From Enterobacteria phage vB_EcoM_IME540, in sequence record MT150133.1: a stretch of DNA of 64,000 bases; one strand, written 5' to 3'. Every line of letters starts with the position of its first letter. The first letter of the stretch is position 1. The position numbers and the translations under genes were made by a program. The notes beneath the pieces were generated by a model that did no database searches, was not told the DNA's origin, and saw only the letters and a program-made list of their open reading frames with translations. Of the stretch, positions 7,821 to 15,374 are shown piece after piece.

Positions 7821-8109
7821 ATTTTTTCCAATCAGAAATCATATGAATCTCTTGGTCATAAGTCAAGAGACTACGAGCAATAATACCCTTACAAGGCCCT
7901 GAGATGAACTCGAGAGTGAAGTAAGGAACCTGTTTCATTAATCGGATACTAGGAGCATGACATCTAAAACGAGAGCCCTTAAAGGGCCCTGTCATGAATA
8001 CATATTCCAATGGGTAGAAATAAGCATATTCGAAATTTGCAGTAAGGTCCTCTCTTCGAACCTTACGTGAGAAATAACAGAACTCAAAAAGTTCTTCATC
8101 AGTCATCAT
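7813..8109 (-). CDS. hypothetical protein (98 aa)
   Basis: Track ORF trimmed to ATG 8109 (AGGAA SD; ATGATGA overlap with the upstream stop). Confidence 0.55.
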   Translation of the reverse strand: MMTDEELFEFCYFSRKVRREDLTANFEYAYFYPLEYVFMTGPFKGSRFRCHAPSIRLMKQVPYFTLEFISGPCKGIIARSLLTYDQEIHMISDWKKYV

Positions 8110-8633
8110 TGCATTCCTATCACAAAGAACAGAGGCAAAGGCTTGTCGCCTTGGCACATAAATTTATTAATCATTACCTGGTAAGCTTCATAGAACTTAT
8201 CCATCGCTGGAAGGCGCATTGGCTCTTCGATAATAATCAATAATCGAGTAACAGATAGTCCACGATACTTATGGAAATTGTCTTCATCAAGGAAACTGCG
8301 CACAGTATCATAGACAACAAAACCAGGACCTTCGACTTGGAGATGTGGGTGTGCCTTAGAAACCTGTTTTATTACATTACAAATTTCTCGCGAGCGATGC
8401 GAAGAACTCGACATAACAATCACATCATTACCCTTGGAAACCCAATCAGCGGCGAACTGAGCAAGGGCACTTGTTTTACCTGTTTGGCGTCCGCCATCAA
8501 GTCGAAGAGTACCAAACTCTTGCATTCTTGAAGCAGGTTCATACCATGTGTATTGGTCTGAGTCTAAACGTTCAATGGCGCGTTCAGCGAAGGCGTGCAT
8601 TAAGGTTAGATAAATGGGAGTTAAAAATTTCAT
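8106..8633 (-). CDS. P-loop NTPase-like protein (175 aa)
   Basis: Walker A GGRQTGKTS and a Walker B-like RLLIIIEEP. Confidence 0.55.
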   Translation of the reverse strand: MKFLTPIYLTLMHAFAERAIERLDSDQYTWYEPASRMQEFGTLRLDGGRQTGKTSALAQFAADWVSKGNDVIVMSSSSHRSREICNVIKQVSKAHPHLQVEGPGFVVYDTVRSFLDEDNFHKYRGLSVTRLLIIIEEPMRLPAMDKFYEAYQVMINKFMCQGDKPLPLFFVIGMQ

Positions 8634-8668
8634 AGTAGTCTCTTAGTGGTGGGGCCATTCCTTGGCAC

Positions 8669-8697
8669 ATAATTCGTCCATGTATCCGTATGTAAAC
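8669..8697 (-). promoter_or_regulatory. candidate early promoter (GTTTAC -17 nt- AATTAT)
   Basis: Minus strand GTTTACATACGGATACATGGACGAATTAT, 36 nt upstream of ATG 8633. The -10 is weak. Confidence 0.4.
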
Positions 8698-8793
8698 CCT
8701 TTACCGCACTTGGGCTCGACCTTATTACAGGTAGGGAAAGGTCCATCACTCAGAGGACGCGACGTTCATGAGGAGAGGGCCGGCTTGCCTTTA

Positions 8794-9093
8794 TTAGAAA
8801 GAACCAGAACCTCTAATTGTGTTCTGGCGACCTTTATTTTCTAATTCGGAGTGGTCGATTTCATATGCTTGTGCTACGCCAAAGGCCTTTTTAACTTTAG
8901 CTAAAGAACCTTTAGATGTAACAATATTAAAAGTATTACCTTTGGTAAAATCAACAAAATCGACTTGTACGCCCTGTTTACCGAGGCTTGCTACAATAGC
9001 ATCAACATATTCTTGGTCTAAATTGCCTTGAACTCCAATTTGAAATGCTTTAGGAGCTTTGGCTTCTGTGATAAATTCTTGATAAGTTTTCAT
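8794..9093 (-). CDS. internal head protein (IP) with capsid-targeting sequence
   Basis: The N-terminus MKTYQEFITE|A matches the T4 IP capsid-targeting sequence (MKTYQEFIAE) with the gp21 cleavage context. 99 aa. Confidence 0.75.
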   Translation of the reverse strand: MKTYQEFITEAKAPKAFQIGVQGNLDQEYVDAIVASLGKQGVQVDFVDFTKGNTFNIVTSKGSLAKVKKAFGVAQAYEIDHSELENKGRQNTIRGSGSF

Positions 9094-9118
9094 TGTTATT
9101 CCTTAAGTTGATAGAAGT

Positions 9119-9148
9119 ATTCTATCACGGATTTAATTAAGCGTAAAT
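9119..9148 (-). promoter_or_regulatory. candidate early promoter (ATTTAC -18 nt- TGATAGAAT)
   Basis: Extended -10 TGATAGAAT lies 26 nt upstream of the IP ATG. The -35 lies in the last codons of denV. Confidence 0.4.
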
Positions 9149-9553
9149 AGCCTTGCCATAATGTTTGTACCAGGTAGGACGCTGTGCAATTTTTTCATCC
9201 AAACGGGTCTGAGATATAGCAATAGAAGCTTCGTGTGGAGTATAGTCACCACGGAATTCCTGAGGAATGCCACTAATGTCCTGGACAGTAGTATCCTTGA
9301 TATTAAAACCACGTTTTAAACATTCGGCTATAAGCTCAATTTGTCGCTTACGTAAAAATTCAAGCTTATCGTAAAAGAATGTAACATGGCCTGTGCCAAG
9401 GATAAAAGTAGGACTGATTTTGAAATCACGGACACGTTTACCATTAGCAACATGCTTACGAACTGCACCGAAAACACGTGGTAATTCACGATATTCAGCC
9501 ATTAAGTGTTGGTCGGCCAATTCAGATACTAAGGTAAGGTTGATACGAGTCAT
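9137..9553 (-). CDS. denV: endonuclease V (pyrimidine-dimer DNA glycosylase)
   Basis: 138 aa, as in T4. [28 protein letters not shown]...[13 protein letters not shown] closely matches T4 DenV. Confidence 0.95.
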   Translation of the reverse strand: MTRINLTLVSELADQHLMAEYRELPRVFGAVRKHVANGKRVRDFKISPTFILGTGHVTFFYDKLEFLRKRQIELIAECLKRGFNIKDTTVQDISGIPQEFRGDYTPHEASIAISQTRLDEKIAQRPTWYKHYGKAIYA

Positions 9554-9559
9554 TTTTTA

Positions 9560-9602
9560 ATCTCCTGTAGTTGATAGGTCTATAGTATCATGCCTACAGG
9601 AG
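9560..9602 (-). promoter_or_regulatory. 10-bp inverted repeat pairing the promoter spacer with the denV Shine-Dalgarno
   Basis: Minus strand GTTTACA-TCTCCTGTAG-GCATGATACTATAGACCTATCAA-CTACAGGAGA-TTAAAAAATG. The arms are perfect. Confidence 0.7.
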
Positions 9603-9609
9603 ATGTAAA
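9581..9609 (-). promoter_or_regulatory. early promoter (GTTTAC -17 nt- TGATACTAT)
   Basis: Conserved 15-mer present. Drives denV. Confidence 0.75.
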
Positions 9610-9610
9610 C

Positions 9611-10009
9611 TTATTTATAGGTTTTCATCCAATTCTTGAACAAAGCTGCGACGTCTTTCTCTTTAACGTTCAGTTTAACGTCCAACATTTTACCACCGGC
9701 AGCACGTGTCTGACGAATCTTAGCAGTACCGGTTTCGCCATTCCACTCAACATAATACTGTCCGGTGTTCATTGCAATACCGTCGCCGTAGTCTTCATTT
9801 TTAGAAGTGGTGAATGCCAGCTTCATAGTCTTAGATACACGAGCCTGCATGCCTGTCTGAAGGGCATTACGAACGCGAATAACCTGAGGAGTGGCCTGGG
9901 TCAGGTTTTCATTCAGTTCTTCAGTGAACTCTTCAGATTCAAACATCGCCAAAAGTTCTTTAGATGCAGGAATTACATTCTCTGCGATAAATTCATTATA
10001 AGTTTTCAT
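9611..10009 (-). CDS. internal head protein (IP) with capsid-targeting sequence
   Basis: [10 protein letters not shown]|NV... 132 aa. Lies between e and denV, where T4 has ipIII/ipII. The body is unrelated to the other IPs in the window. Confidence 0.7.
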   Translation of the reverse strand: MKTYNEFIAENVIPASKELLAMFESEEFTEELNENLTQATPQVIRVRNALQTGMQARVSKTMKLAFTTSKNEDYGDGIAMNTGQYYVEWNGETGTAKIRQTRAAGGKMLDVKLNVKEKDVAALFKNWMKTYK

Positions 10010-10490
10010 ATGCTTTCCAAGTACCTGTTTTAAATGTGGAAATCACGCGCTTAGCACGATTAGGAGTTTGTTTATACCAACGGGATTGAGCCAGGTTAAC
10101 TGCTGCATCATCCCAACGTTTTTGCTGAAGCATACGCAGAGAGTTAGTGAACCCTGCTACGCCTGCTTCACCCATTTGGAAGACCATGTTAATTAAAGCA
10201 CAACGACGAACTTCGTCCAGTACATCATAAACAGGTTTCAATTTAGGATTACGCAGAATAGCTCTACGAGCATTTTCAACCGACCGGTTAAAGAGTTGTT
10301 CGGCTTCAGCCATAGTAATACGACCATTGCAAACTCGACCCATAAGCTTATCAAGTTCAGCCCGAGCAACATCTTTAGAAGGATTCTTAGTAATCAATTG
10401 GCCAATACCAATAGTATAGTATCCCTCAGTATCCTTATATAAGTCTAATTTACAGCCTTCATCAAGGCGTAACATATCAAAAATATCCAT
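9996..10490 (-). CDS. e: endolysin (T4 lysozyme)
   Basis: 164 aa, as in T4. [30 protein letters not shown]...[27 protein letters not shown]...[20 protein letters not shown]. Confidence 0.96.
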   Translation of the reverse strand: MDIFDMLRLDEGCKLDLYKDTEGYYTIGIGQLITKNPSKDVARAELDKLMGRVCNGRITMAEAEQLFNRSVENARRAILRNPKLKPVYDVLDEVRRCALINMVFQMGEAGVAGFTNSLRMLQQKRWDDAAVNLAQSRWYKQTPNRAKRVISTFKTGTWKAYENL

Positions 10491-10491
10491 A

Positions 10492-10520
10492 ATACCTCCT
10501 GAGTATAGGAGGTATTTATA
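10492..10520 (-). promoter_or_regulatory. gene e late promoter TATAAATA plus SD-sequestering hairpin
   Basis: Minus strand TATAAATACCTCCTATACTCAGGAGGTATTATG. The 9-bp stem ATACCTCCT/AGGAGGTAT buries the SD, and the late start falls inside the hairpin. Same arrangement as known for T4 e. Confidence 0.75.
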
Positions 10521-10970
10521 TCAAAAGAGCGAGTCTAAAACCTTAAACATCGACGGGCCCATGACATATTCCCATTGAGGTCGTTTAATCAAGGCGAACG
10601 CATCGAATTCAGGAATAGTACGACCCTCAGGGAATGTATGGTAAGCCGTACATTTGCAATCCTTGAACTGCTCGTGTTCCACAGGCACCGTATATAAGAA
10701 CAGATGTAGATTCTTATTGCTTGAATATTTGAACTCACCTAGGTCTTTCAGGAATGCAGGATCGTATGCTGTGAATCCAATCTCTTCTTCGGTTTCGCGC
10801 ATTGCCGCTTGAATAGGCTCTTCGCCTGGTTCGACATGACCTTTAGGAATGTCCCATTTATGACGCATATTCTCTGGATTACGAGAGCCTGTTACACGAC
10901 CCATGACCAGTTCTTTATCAACGGTCATGAATAAAATACCTGCCGATAATTCCTTAGCTTTCTTACTCAT
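10521..10970 (-). CDS. nudE: Nudix hydrolase
   Basis: Nudix box GHVEPGEEPIQAAMRETEEEIG. Track ORF trimmed to MSKKAKELSAG... (ATG 10970), giving 149 aa against about 151 in T4 NudE (e.1). Confidence 0.85.
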   Translation of the reverse strand: MSKKAKELSAGILFMTVDKELVMGRVTGSRNPENMRHKWDIPKGHVEPGEEPIQAAMRETEEEIGFTAYDPAFLKDLGEFKYSSNKNLHLFLYTVPVEHEQFKDCKCTAYHTFPEGRTIPEFDAFALIKRPQWEYVMGPSMFKVLDSLF

Positions 10971-11199
10971 CGTCTCGTTCCCATGATTGTTTAAAAATAT
11001 CTTGCATAATAATTTGAAGTCTATTTTCTGTTGATGGACTTTCACTATCAGACACTTGAAGCATATAGTCACCAATAGGACAGAACATATCCAAGTCGCT
11101 TTCTAAATCTTCTTTGATTTTCTCTTCTGACGTTCCGGTATCATAGGAATACAGATAAGAATCACATGACTCGGATTTAATATAAATCGCAATACTCAT
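10963..11199 (-). CDS. hypothetical acidic protein (78 aa)
   Basis: Track ORF with 8-nt and 4-nt overlaps to its neighbours. Confidence 0.55.
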   Translation of the reverse strand: MSIAIYIKSESCDSYLYSYDTGTSEEKIKEDLESDLDMFCPIGDYMLQVSDSESPSTENRLQIIMQDIFKQSWERDDE

Positions 11200-11789
11200 T
11201 TACGGCATTCCTCAATAAACTCATTTAAATTCCGTTTGATTTTACCTTCGTCGTAAAGACGTTGTTGACGACGTAAACGCCATGGCATTTCAATAGCCAA
11301 GCACCAAATACTTAAAGCAGCGCCAGCTGTGAAAAGGTTCATTAATCCAGCACCAATAATAGTTCGTTCTAGCGCATCATTCCAGTTAGCATCGATTAAA
11401 AATGAACTCAACACTAACATTGGAAGTAAAGTAATAAAATATGCTACAACATATCGTCTGAACGTAAGCCATTCAGTATCGATGAGCTTAGCCTTTCCAT
11501 CTTGGAGACAAATATACTTATCGTCAGTGCGGGTGATTTTCTTTACTGGTTGCCAGCCGTTTACGATATAGCCCATTTTATATTCCTCAATTAAAAGCTG
11601 TTTCATTTCGGCAGTACAACCTGACCAATCTATTGTACTGGCTGAAATTCCTTCATCACCGTCATCGATATTTCGCCAGGACTTTTTAATAATCATATGT
11701 TCACCACTTGGGATAATAATTCCAGCATTTTCCGACCGACGGATGAAGTTTGTATCAATACCCATACAACCGGGTTCATAAAGGGCCAT
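11196..11789 (-). CDS. membrane protein (197 aa), soluble N-domain plus 2 C-terminal TM helices
   Basis: Hydrophobic stretches VVAYFITLLPMLVLSSFLI and IIGAGLMNLFTAGAALSIWCLAI. C-terminal tail KRNLNEFIEECRK. Confidence 0.6.
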   Translation of the reverse strand: MALYEPGCMGIDTNFIRRSENAGIIIPSGEHMIIKKSWRNIDDGDEGISASTIDWSGCTAEMKQLLIEEYKMGYIVNGWQPVKKITRTDDKYICLQDGKAKLIDTEWLTFRRYVVAYFITLLPMLVLSSFLIDANWNDALERTIIGAGLMNLFTAGAALSIWCLAIEMPWRLRRQQRLYDEGKIKRNLNEFIEECRK

Positions 11790-12478
11790 TACCAGCCCTC
11801 CATAGGGAATTCCAGATATACTTGAGCATTAACGCGGATTTCATTAGTAATCTTTTTAACTCGGTCGGTATTACGAGACACACGACCAAACCAGCGCCAA
11901 CCGTTACTTACTGCACGAGAACCTGTATGCCATGTCTGCCAATCAAACTGGAGCAACGTGCGGTCGGGGGCATCCCACTTGGTTAATTCATTAGACTCAA
12001 TTTTTTCCAGAACTTCTTTATGCCACTGGCGATAGATAAGTTCGCCTTCAGGAATCTGACTGAATTGTGCAGTTCCGGTTGCAAAATGAGTAGGACACAC
12101 ATCAGCGTTAACAAGACCAAGAATATGTTCAGAATGGTATCGAGGATTATCATAATCAGGTTGCCCTGCGGTAATAAAGTGTTGACCCACCGGAATATCC
12201 GGGCGTGGTACATCATCATGGTGGAAGCCTGGAATTGCAGGGTACCAGCCAGGCATTAACATGTGTACACGGGAATCAAATACAATATCAGGGCCACATT
12301 GCCAATCTTCAGGCAGGTTTTCAATAAAGCTACGAGTAATAGGACCGCCATGTTTATGAGCAAAATAAGCATCGCAATTAAAGAACATAGGCTCATTTTT
12401 AATCATATCATTACTGATATCTTGAGCAAAACCACCTACTGCACGAGCTTTAGAATTAAAAATTTTTGGACCGTTCAT
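11789..12478 (-). CDS. putative 2OG-Fe(II) dioxygenase-fold protein (229 aa)
   Basis: HxD-type motif PGFHHDD, a distal His in WQTWHTG, and R-x-S (GRVSR) about 14 aa later. Motif-level call only. Confidence 0.4.
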   Translation of the reverse strand: MNGPKIFNSKARAVGGFAQDISNDMIKNEPMFFNCDAYFAHKHGGPITRSFIENLPEDWQCGPDIVFDSRVHMLMPGWYPAIPGFHHDDVPRPDIPVGQHFITAGQPDYDNPRYHSEHILGLVNADVCPTHFATGTAQFSQIPEGELIYRQWHKEVLEKIESNELTKWDAPDRTLLQFDWQTWHTGSRAVSNGWRWFGRVSRNTDRVKKITNEIRVNAQVYLEFPMEGW

Positions 12479-12492
12479 AATATTTTCCTCAC

Positions 12493-12705
12493 TTACTTTT
12501 TGTTGAAAAAGTACATTTTACCTTTAGGGGATAAGGATACACGAAGTGCGTTACCAATACCAACTGAACATTTAACCAGGTCAGCAGATTTCAATTCACC
12601 AAATGCTTGACGAAGGTCACCGTCACGAGTGTTAACCATCAGGCATTTAGCACCAGCTGCACGAACTTCGTTTAACATGTTGATTGCTTGGTTAGAAAGT
12701 TTCAT
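12493..12705 (-). CDS. hypothetical protein (70 aa)
   Basis: Track ORF 12493-12783 trimmed, because its 5' part covers promoter 12743-12771. The ATG at 12705 is preceded by GGAGAATAAA. Confidence 0.55.
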   Translation of the reverse strand: MKLSNQAINMLNEVRAAGAKCLMVNTRDGDLRQAFGELKSADLVKCSVGIGNALRVSLSPKGKMYFFNKK

Positions 12706-12742
12706 TTTATTCTCCATTTCACTCTGTTGTTTTGATAGGTCT

Positions 12743-12771
12743 ATAGTATCACACCTATAGACCTTGTACAC
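12743..12771 (-). promoter_or_regulatory. early promoter (GTGTAC -17 nt- TGATACTAT) with 10-bp palindrome
   Basis: Minus strand GTGTACA-AGGTCTATAG-GTGTGATA-CTATAGACCT-ATCAAAAC. Arms lie at 12737-12746 and 12755-12764. Confidence 0.65.
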
Positions 12772-12783
12772 TGTTTTGTGCAA

Positions 12784-13743
12784 TTATTTTTCGAAAGGAC
12801 GAATTAAATGTTGGTTACGCTTAAACCGTTCAATGTAGTCGTTTTCACCTAAAGTCTTGTACATATTAACCACAGCTTGGTAGTTTTCCCATGCATAAGT
12901 GCGGAACCAACCTGAAGTGATTGAGGTGCACACTTTCTCAAGGGCCATATAGAAACTTAATGATGGTGAAATATTGAAGTCATTAGGAACCTGTGAACGT
13001 TCTAGTGCCAGGACACAAGTTTCTTCATACACACCAGCCAGTTTAATAGCTTCAGGCAAAGCCTCGAACTTCTCACGAGAGGTCATGACTTCAGAACCTT
13101 CCTTCATATAAAAGGTATATGCAGGGCGCCCTGCCAATGCCACTGCTTCATGGATAGAGTCGTGGTCCAGAGTATAAATGGGATCATTAAAGAACGATGA
13201 TTTGTTTACATCCAATTTAGGGTGGGAATAGCTCAACGTTTCTTTTTGACGTTGCAACATAATTTCCTGGAGTTCTTCGTTAAGGGTGATACCTTTATTA
13301 CGAAGGTATTTGATGTGGGACATGGTTTTCAAGAAGAACGGATTATTCTTCAAGAAACGATGGGAGGTTTTGATAGCCAGACAGATATCAGGGGTTGCCC
13401 AATAGAAACCTGTAAGACGGTCCTTTTTAATATGATTTTCGGCATATTTCAGGAGACGATAACTTGAGGTGAAATCTTCGTCTTGAAGCTCACCGGTAAT
13501 TTCTCGTACGTTAGTCAGGGCACGAACGATATAAGCTTCAAAATAGGTTTCTTTACCATTGTACATGCATTTAAAAGCCTGGACATCAGGGTTATCCACA
13601 GGAACATGGGCACCAAACATCCGAGCTTTAAAGTGATTCCATGAGCCTTGGTCGGCAATGAAATCCCAATCAGAATTTTCGATATGCTTACTTTCAATCA
13701 GACCAGCGTGGTGCAGTGCACGAGAACCAATAACTAACATCAT
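12784..13743 (-). CDS. putative Pol-beta superfamily nucleotidyltransferase-like protein (319 aa)
   Basis: Trimmed to ATG 13743 (GAGGA SD). The N-terminus MMLVIGSRALHHAG...NSDWDFIAD resembles the hG[GS]xA...[S]DxD NTase signature, followed by a long helical C-terminal region. Motif-level call only. Confidence 0.4.
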   Translation of the reverse strand: MMLVIGSRALHHAGLIESKHIENSDWDFIADQGSWNHFKARMFGAHVPVDNPDVQAFKCMYNGKETYFEAYIVRALTNVREITGELQDEDFTSSYRLLKYAENHIKKDRLTGFYWATPDICLAIKTSHRFLKNNPFFLKTMSHIKYLRNKGITLNEELQEIMLQRQKETLSYSHPKLDVNKSSFFNDPIYTLDHDSIHEAVALAGRPAYTFYMKEGSEVMTSREKFEALPEAIKLAGVYEETCVLALERSQVPNDFNISPSLSFYMALEKVCTSITSGWFRTYAWENYQAVVNMYKTLGENDYIERFKRNQHLIRPFEK

Positions 13744-13762
13744 AATATTTTCCTCAGTAAAC

Positions 13763-14002
13763 TTAAATTTCAGCGACGTAATCGTTATGCAATTCCCACA
13801 TATCATCAGAATTATTCTTAATGATAGGAATTATCTCATTAGAGATTTCTTCAGCATAAGGGTCATTGATACAGTGGGCATCTTCAAAACGAACACCGTA
13901 ATCAGACTTCTTATAAGAGAAGCCATAAATCTTTTTAAACTTGGCGCGAGTAATGCGTACCGGTTCATTAGACTTATCGGACATCGGAGCGTAATACCAC
14001 AT
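13763..14002 (-). CDS. hypothetical protein (79 aa)
   Basis: Track ORF with a strong GAGGAG SD. First gene after candidate promoter 14030-14059. Confidence 0.55.
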   Translation of the reverse strand: MWYYAPMSDKSNEPVRITRAKFKKIYGFSYKKSDYGVRFEDAHCINDPYAEEISNEIIPIIKNNSDDMWELHNDYVAEI

Positions 14003-14029
14003 ATGTTCTCCTCATGTTTGTGTAGGGTA

Positions 14030-14059
14030 ATAGTAACATGATTTTCTAGAGTTGTACAT
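14030..14059 (-). promoter_or_regulatory. candidate early promoter (ATGTAC -18 nt- TGTTACTAT)
   Basis: Extended -10 TGTTACTAT and a degenerate -35. Overlaps the stop of ORF 14046-14375. Confidence 0.45.
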
Positions 14060-14375
14060 CACTTCTGCAATATTCTAAAAATAATTTATCATTGTCTACT
14101 GTATCCCAACGACGCCAAGACGGGTTCCAGACCAAAGCGTTGTCACCACAATCATTGAGCTTAAAATGGTCGTAGTACATAGCTATGTGTCTAGTCTCGT
14201 CACCAGAGAACCCCAGTATAGGCTCACCGTGGGTGTGATACATATGATGGTGCATTGAGAGGTCGCATTTGTAAAACATCTCACGTTTACCACGAACGAA
14301 CAAGAAGGCCTGTCCATTCATATAGAATTCTTTATTTGTTTTCAAAAGATATTTGAATACTGAATCTTTATGCAT
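14046..14375 (-). CDS. hypothetical His-rich protein (109 aa)
   Basis: Trimmed to ATG 14375 (TAGGAGG SD). Carries the cluster SMHHHMYHTHGE. Confidence 0.55.
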   Translation of the reverse strand: MHKDSVFKYLLKTNKEFYMNGQAFLFVRGKREMFYKCDLSMHHHMYHTHGEPILGFSGDETRHIAMYYDHFKLNDCGDNALVWNPSWRRWDTVDNDKLFLEYCRSDVQL

Positions 14376-14405
14376 AAGTCCTCCTACCACATCCATGTGG
14401 TTAAA

Positions 14406-14633
14406 TTATTTTCCTAACGAAATACGAGTAGGTTTTTTACCGAAATAGTCTTCATAAGAACCATCTAAACGACCTGCTTTAGACCGACAATATGAATCGT
14501 ACTTTTTGTAATAAGTCATCTCAGTATTATAACGCGGGTGTCTATCAGCCATAATAATACTTAACGGCCAACCTTTGGCATAATCGCGAAGACCATTTAT
14601 TTTACGAATGTATCTTTTCTTTAATTTTAGCAT
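14406..14633 (-). CDS. hypothetical basic protein (75 aa)
   Basis: Track ORF. Its ATG overlaps the last codons of the upstream paralogue (TCATGCTAA). No clear SD, so translational coupling is presumed. Confidence 0.45.
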   Translation of the reverse strand: MLKLKKRYIRKINGLRDYAKGWPLSIIMADRHPRYNTEMTYYKKYDSYCRSKAGRLDGSYEDYFGKKPTRISLGK

Positions 14634-14851
14634 GAGCTCGGATACCAGATTTTACCATCGGCCTGAGCAACGAAGGTGCGTCCAGCTTCTTCACCATAAC
14701 AAGAGCTATTCAGCCAATCTTCGAGACGAACTTCACCGTCATAATCGTCGAGCTCAACACCAAAACTTTGAGCAGAAGCCATATCTTTTACTTTCTTATA
14801 CAGTGCAGCCAGTTCAAGTGCGGCTTTTTCTAATTCATTAATATCAGTCAT
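14627..14851 (-). CDS. C-terminal-Cys paralogue 1 (74 aa)
   Basis: Track ORF trimmed to ATG 14851 (AAGGTGA SD). MTDINELEKAALELAALYKK...EDWLNSSCYGEE...GKIWYPSSC-stop. Confidence 0.6.
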   Translation of the reverse strand: MTDINELEKAALELAALYKKVKDMASAQSFGVELDDYDGEVRLEDWLNSSCYGEEAGRTFVAQADGKIWYPSSC

Positions 14852-14861
14852 TTTTATCACC

Positions 14862-15074
14862 TTAGCAAGACATAGAGGATGTAAACCAGAAACCTTCACC
14901 ATCTGGGATACCGTAATCATCACGGGCCCATTCATAATCATCATATTCCGGATTCTTTGGAGAAATGTATTGTCCACGACCAGAAACATGGAACTCTTCA
15001 CCCGTTTCGTCAGCCACGGCCTGGCCTTTACGTACTAATTCGCGGATTTGTTTTTCAATTTCATCAATAGTCAT
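14862..15074 (-). CDS. C-terminal-Cys paralogue 2 (70 aa)
   Basis: MTIDEIEKQIRELVRKG...GEGFWFTSSMSC-stop. Confidence 0.6.
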   Translation of the reverse strand: MTIDEIEKQIRELVRKGQAVADETGEEFHVSGRGQYISPKNPEYDDYEWARDDYGIPDGEGFWFTSSMSC

Positions 15075-15083
15075 TTTATTTCC

Positions 15084-15365
15084 TTAACATTCAGAAGAAG
15101 AGGACACCCAACCGCCATTTTCTAGGCTGGTGGTGTAATCATGCTGGTTTACAATAGCATACTGGGCTTCACCGTATTCTTCCCAGTGGGCAAGGTCGGC
15201 TTTCAAGGCGCCAGGAGAATAATAGTCACCGCCCATACCGCGAGCAGGGTATATATTAAAATGAGTCTCATATTTGTTAGCAATTTCCTCGGCACGACGA
15301 ATAGCTTTATGGATATCATTTACTGCGTCAGCCAGCTCTTTATTTTTACGGTAATCATTCATCAT
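15084..15365 (-). CDS. C-terminal-Cys paralogue 3 (93 aa)
   Basis: AAGGAA SD. ...DIHKAIRRAEEIANKY...GMGGDYYSPG...NGGWVSSSSEC-stop. Confidence 0.6.
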   Translation of the reverse strand: MMNDYRKNKELADAVNDIHKAIRRAEEIANKYETHFNIYPARGMGGDYYSPGALKADLAHWEEYGEAQYAIVNQHDYTTSLENGGWVSSSSEC

Positions 15366-15374
15366 AGCGTTTCC

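Noticed and set aside
8634-8793. 36-aa minus-strand ORF and a GC-rich patch between the IP gene and the P-loop gene
   Set aside because: The ORF has an unusual composition (Pro/Thr/Ser/Arg), no SD, and contains the candidate promoter for the downstream gene. I found no stable hairpin that would suggest an RNA element. It is treated as promoter/leader DNA only.
12706-12783. N-terminal extensions of track ORFs (12493-12783, 10521-11075, 16593-17261, 23239-23964, 60715-60963, 15662-16102, 14627-15001, 12784-13806)
   Set aside because: The extensions run across early promoters, upstream genes or their stops and lack an SD. In each case an internal ATG with a good SD, often overlapping the upstream stop, gives a product matching the expected T4 size or the promoter position.
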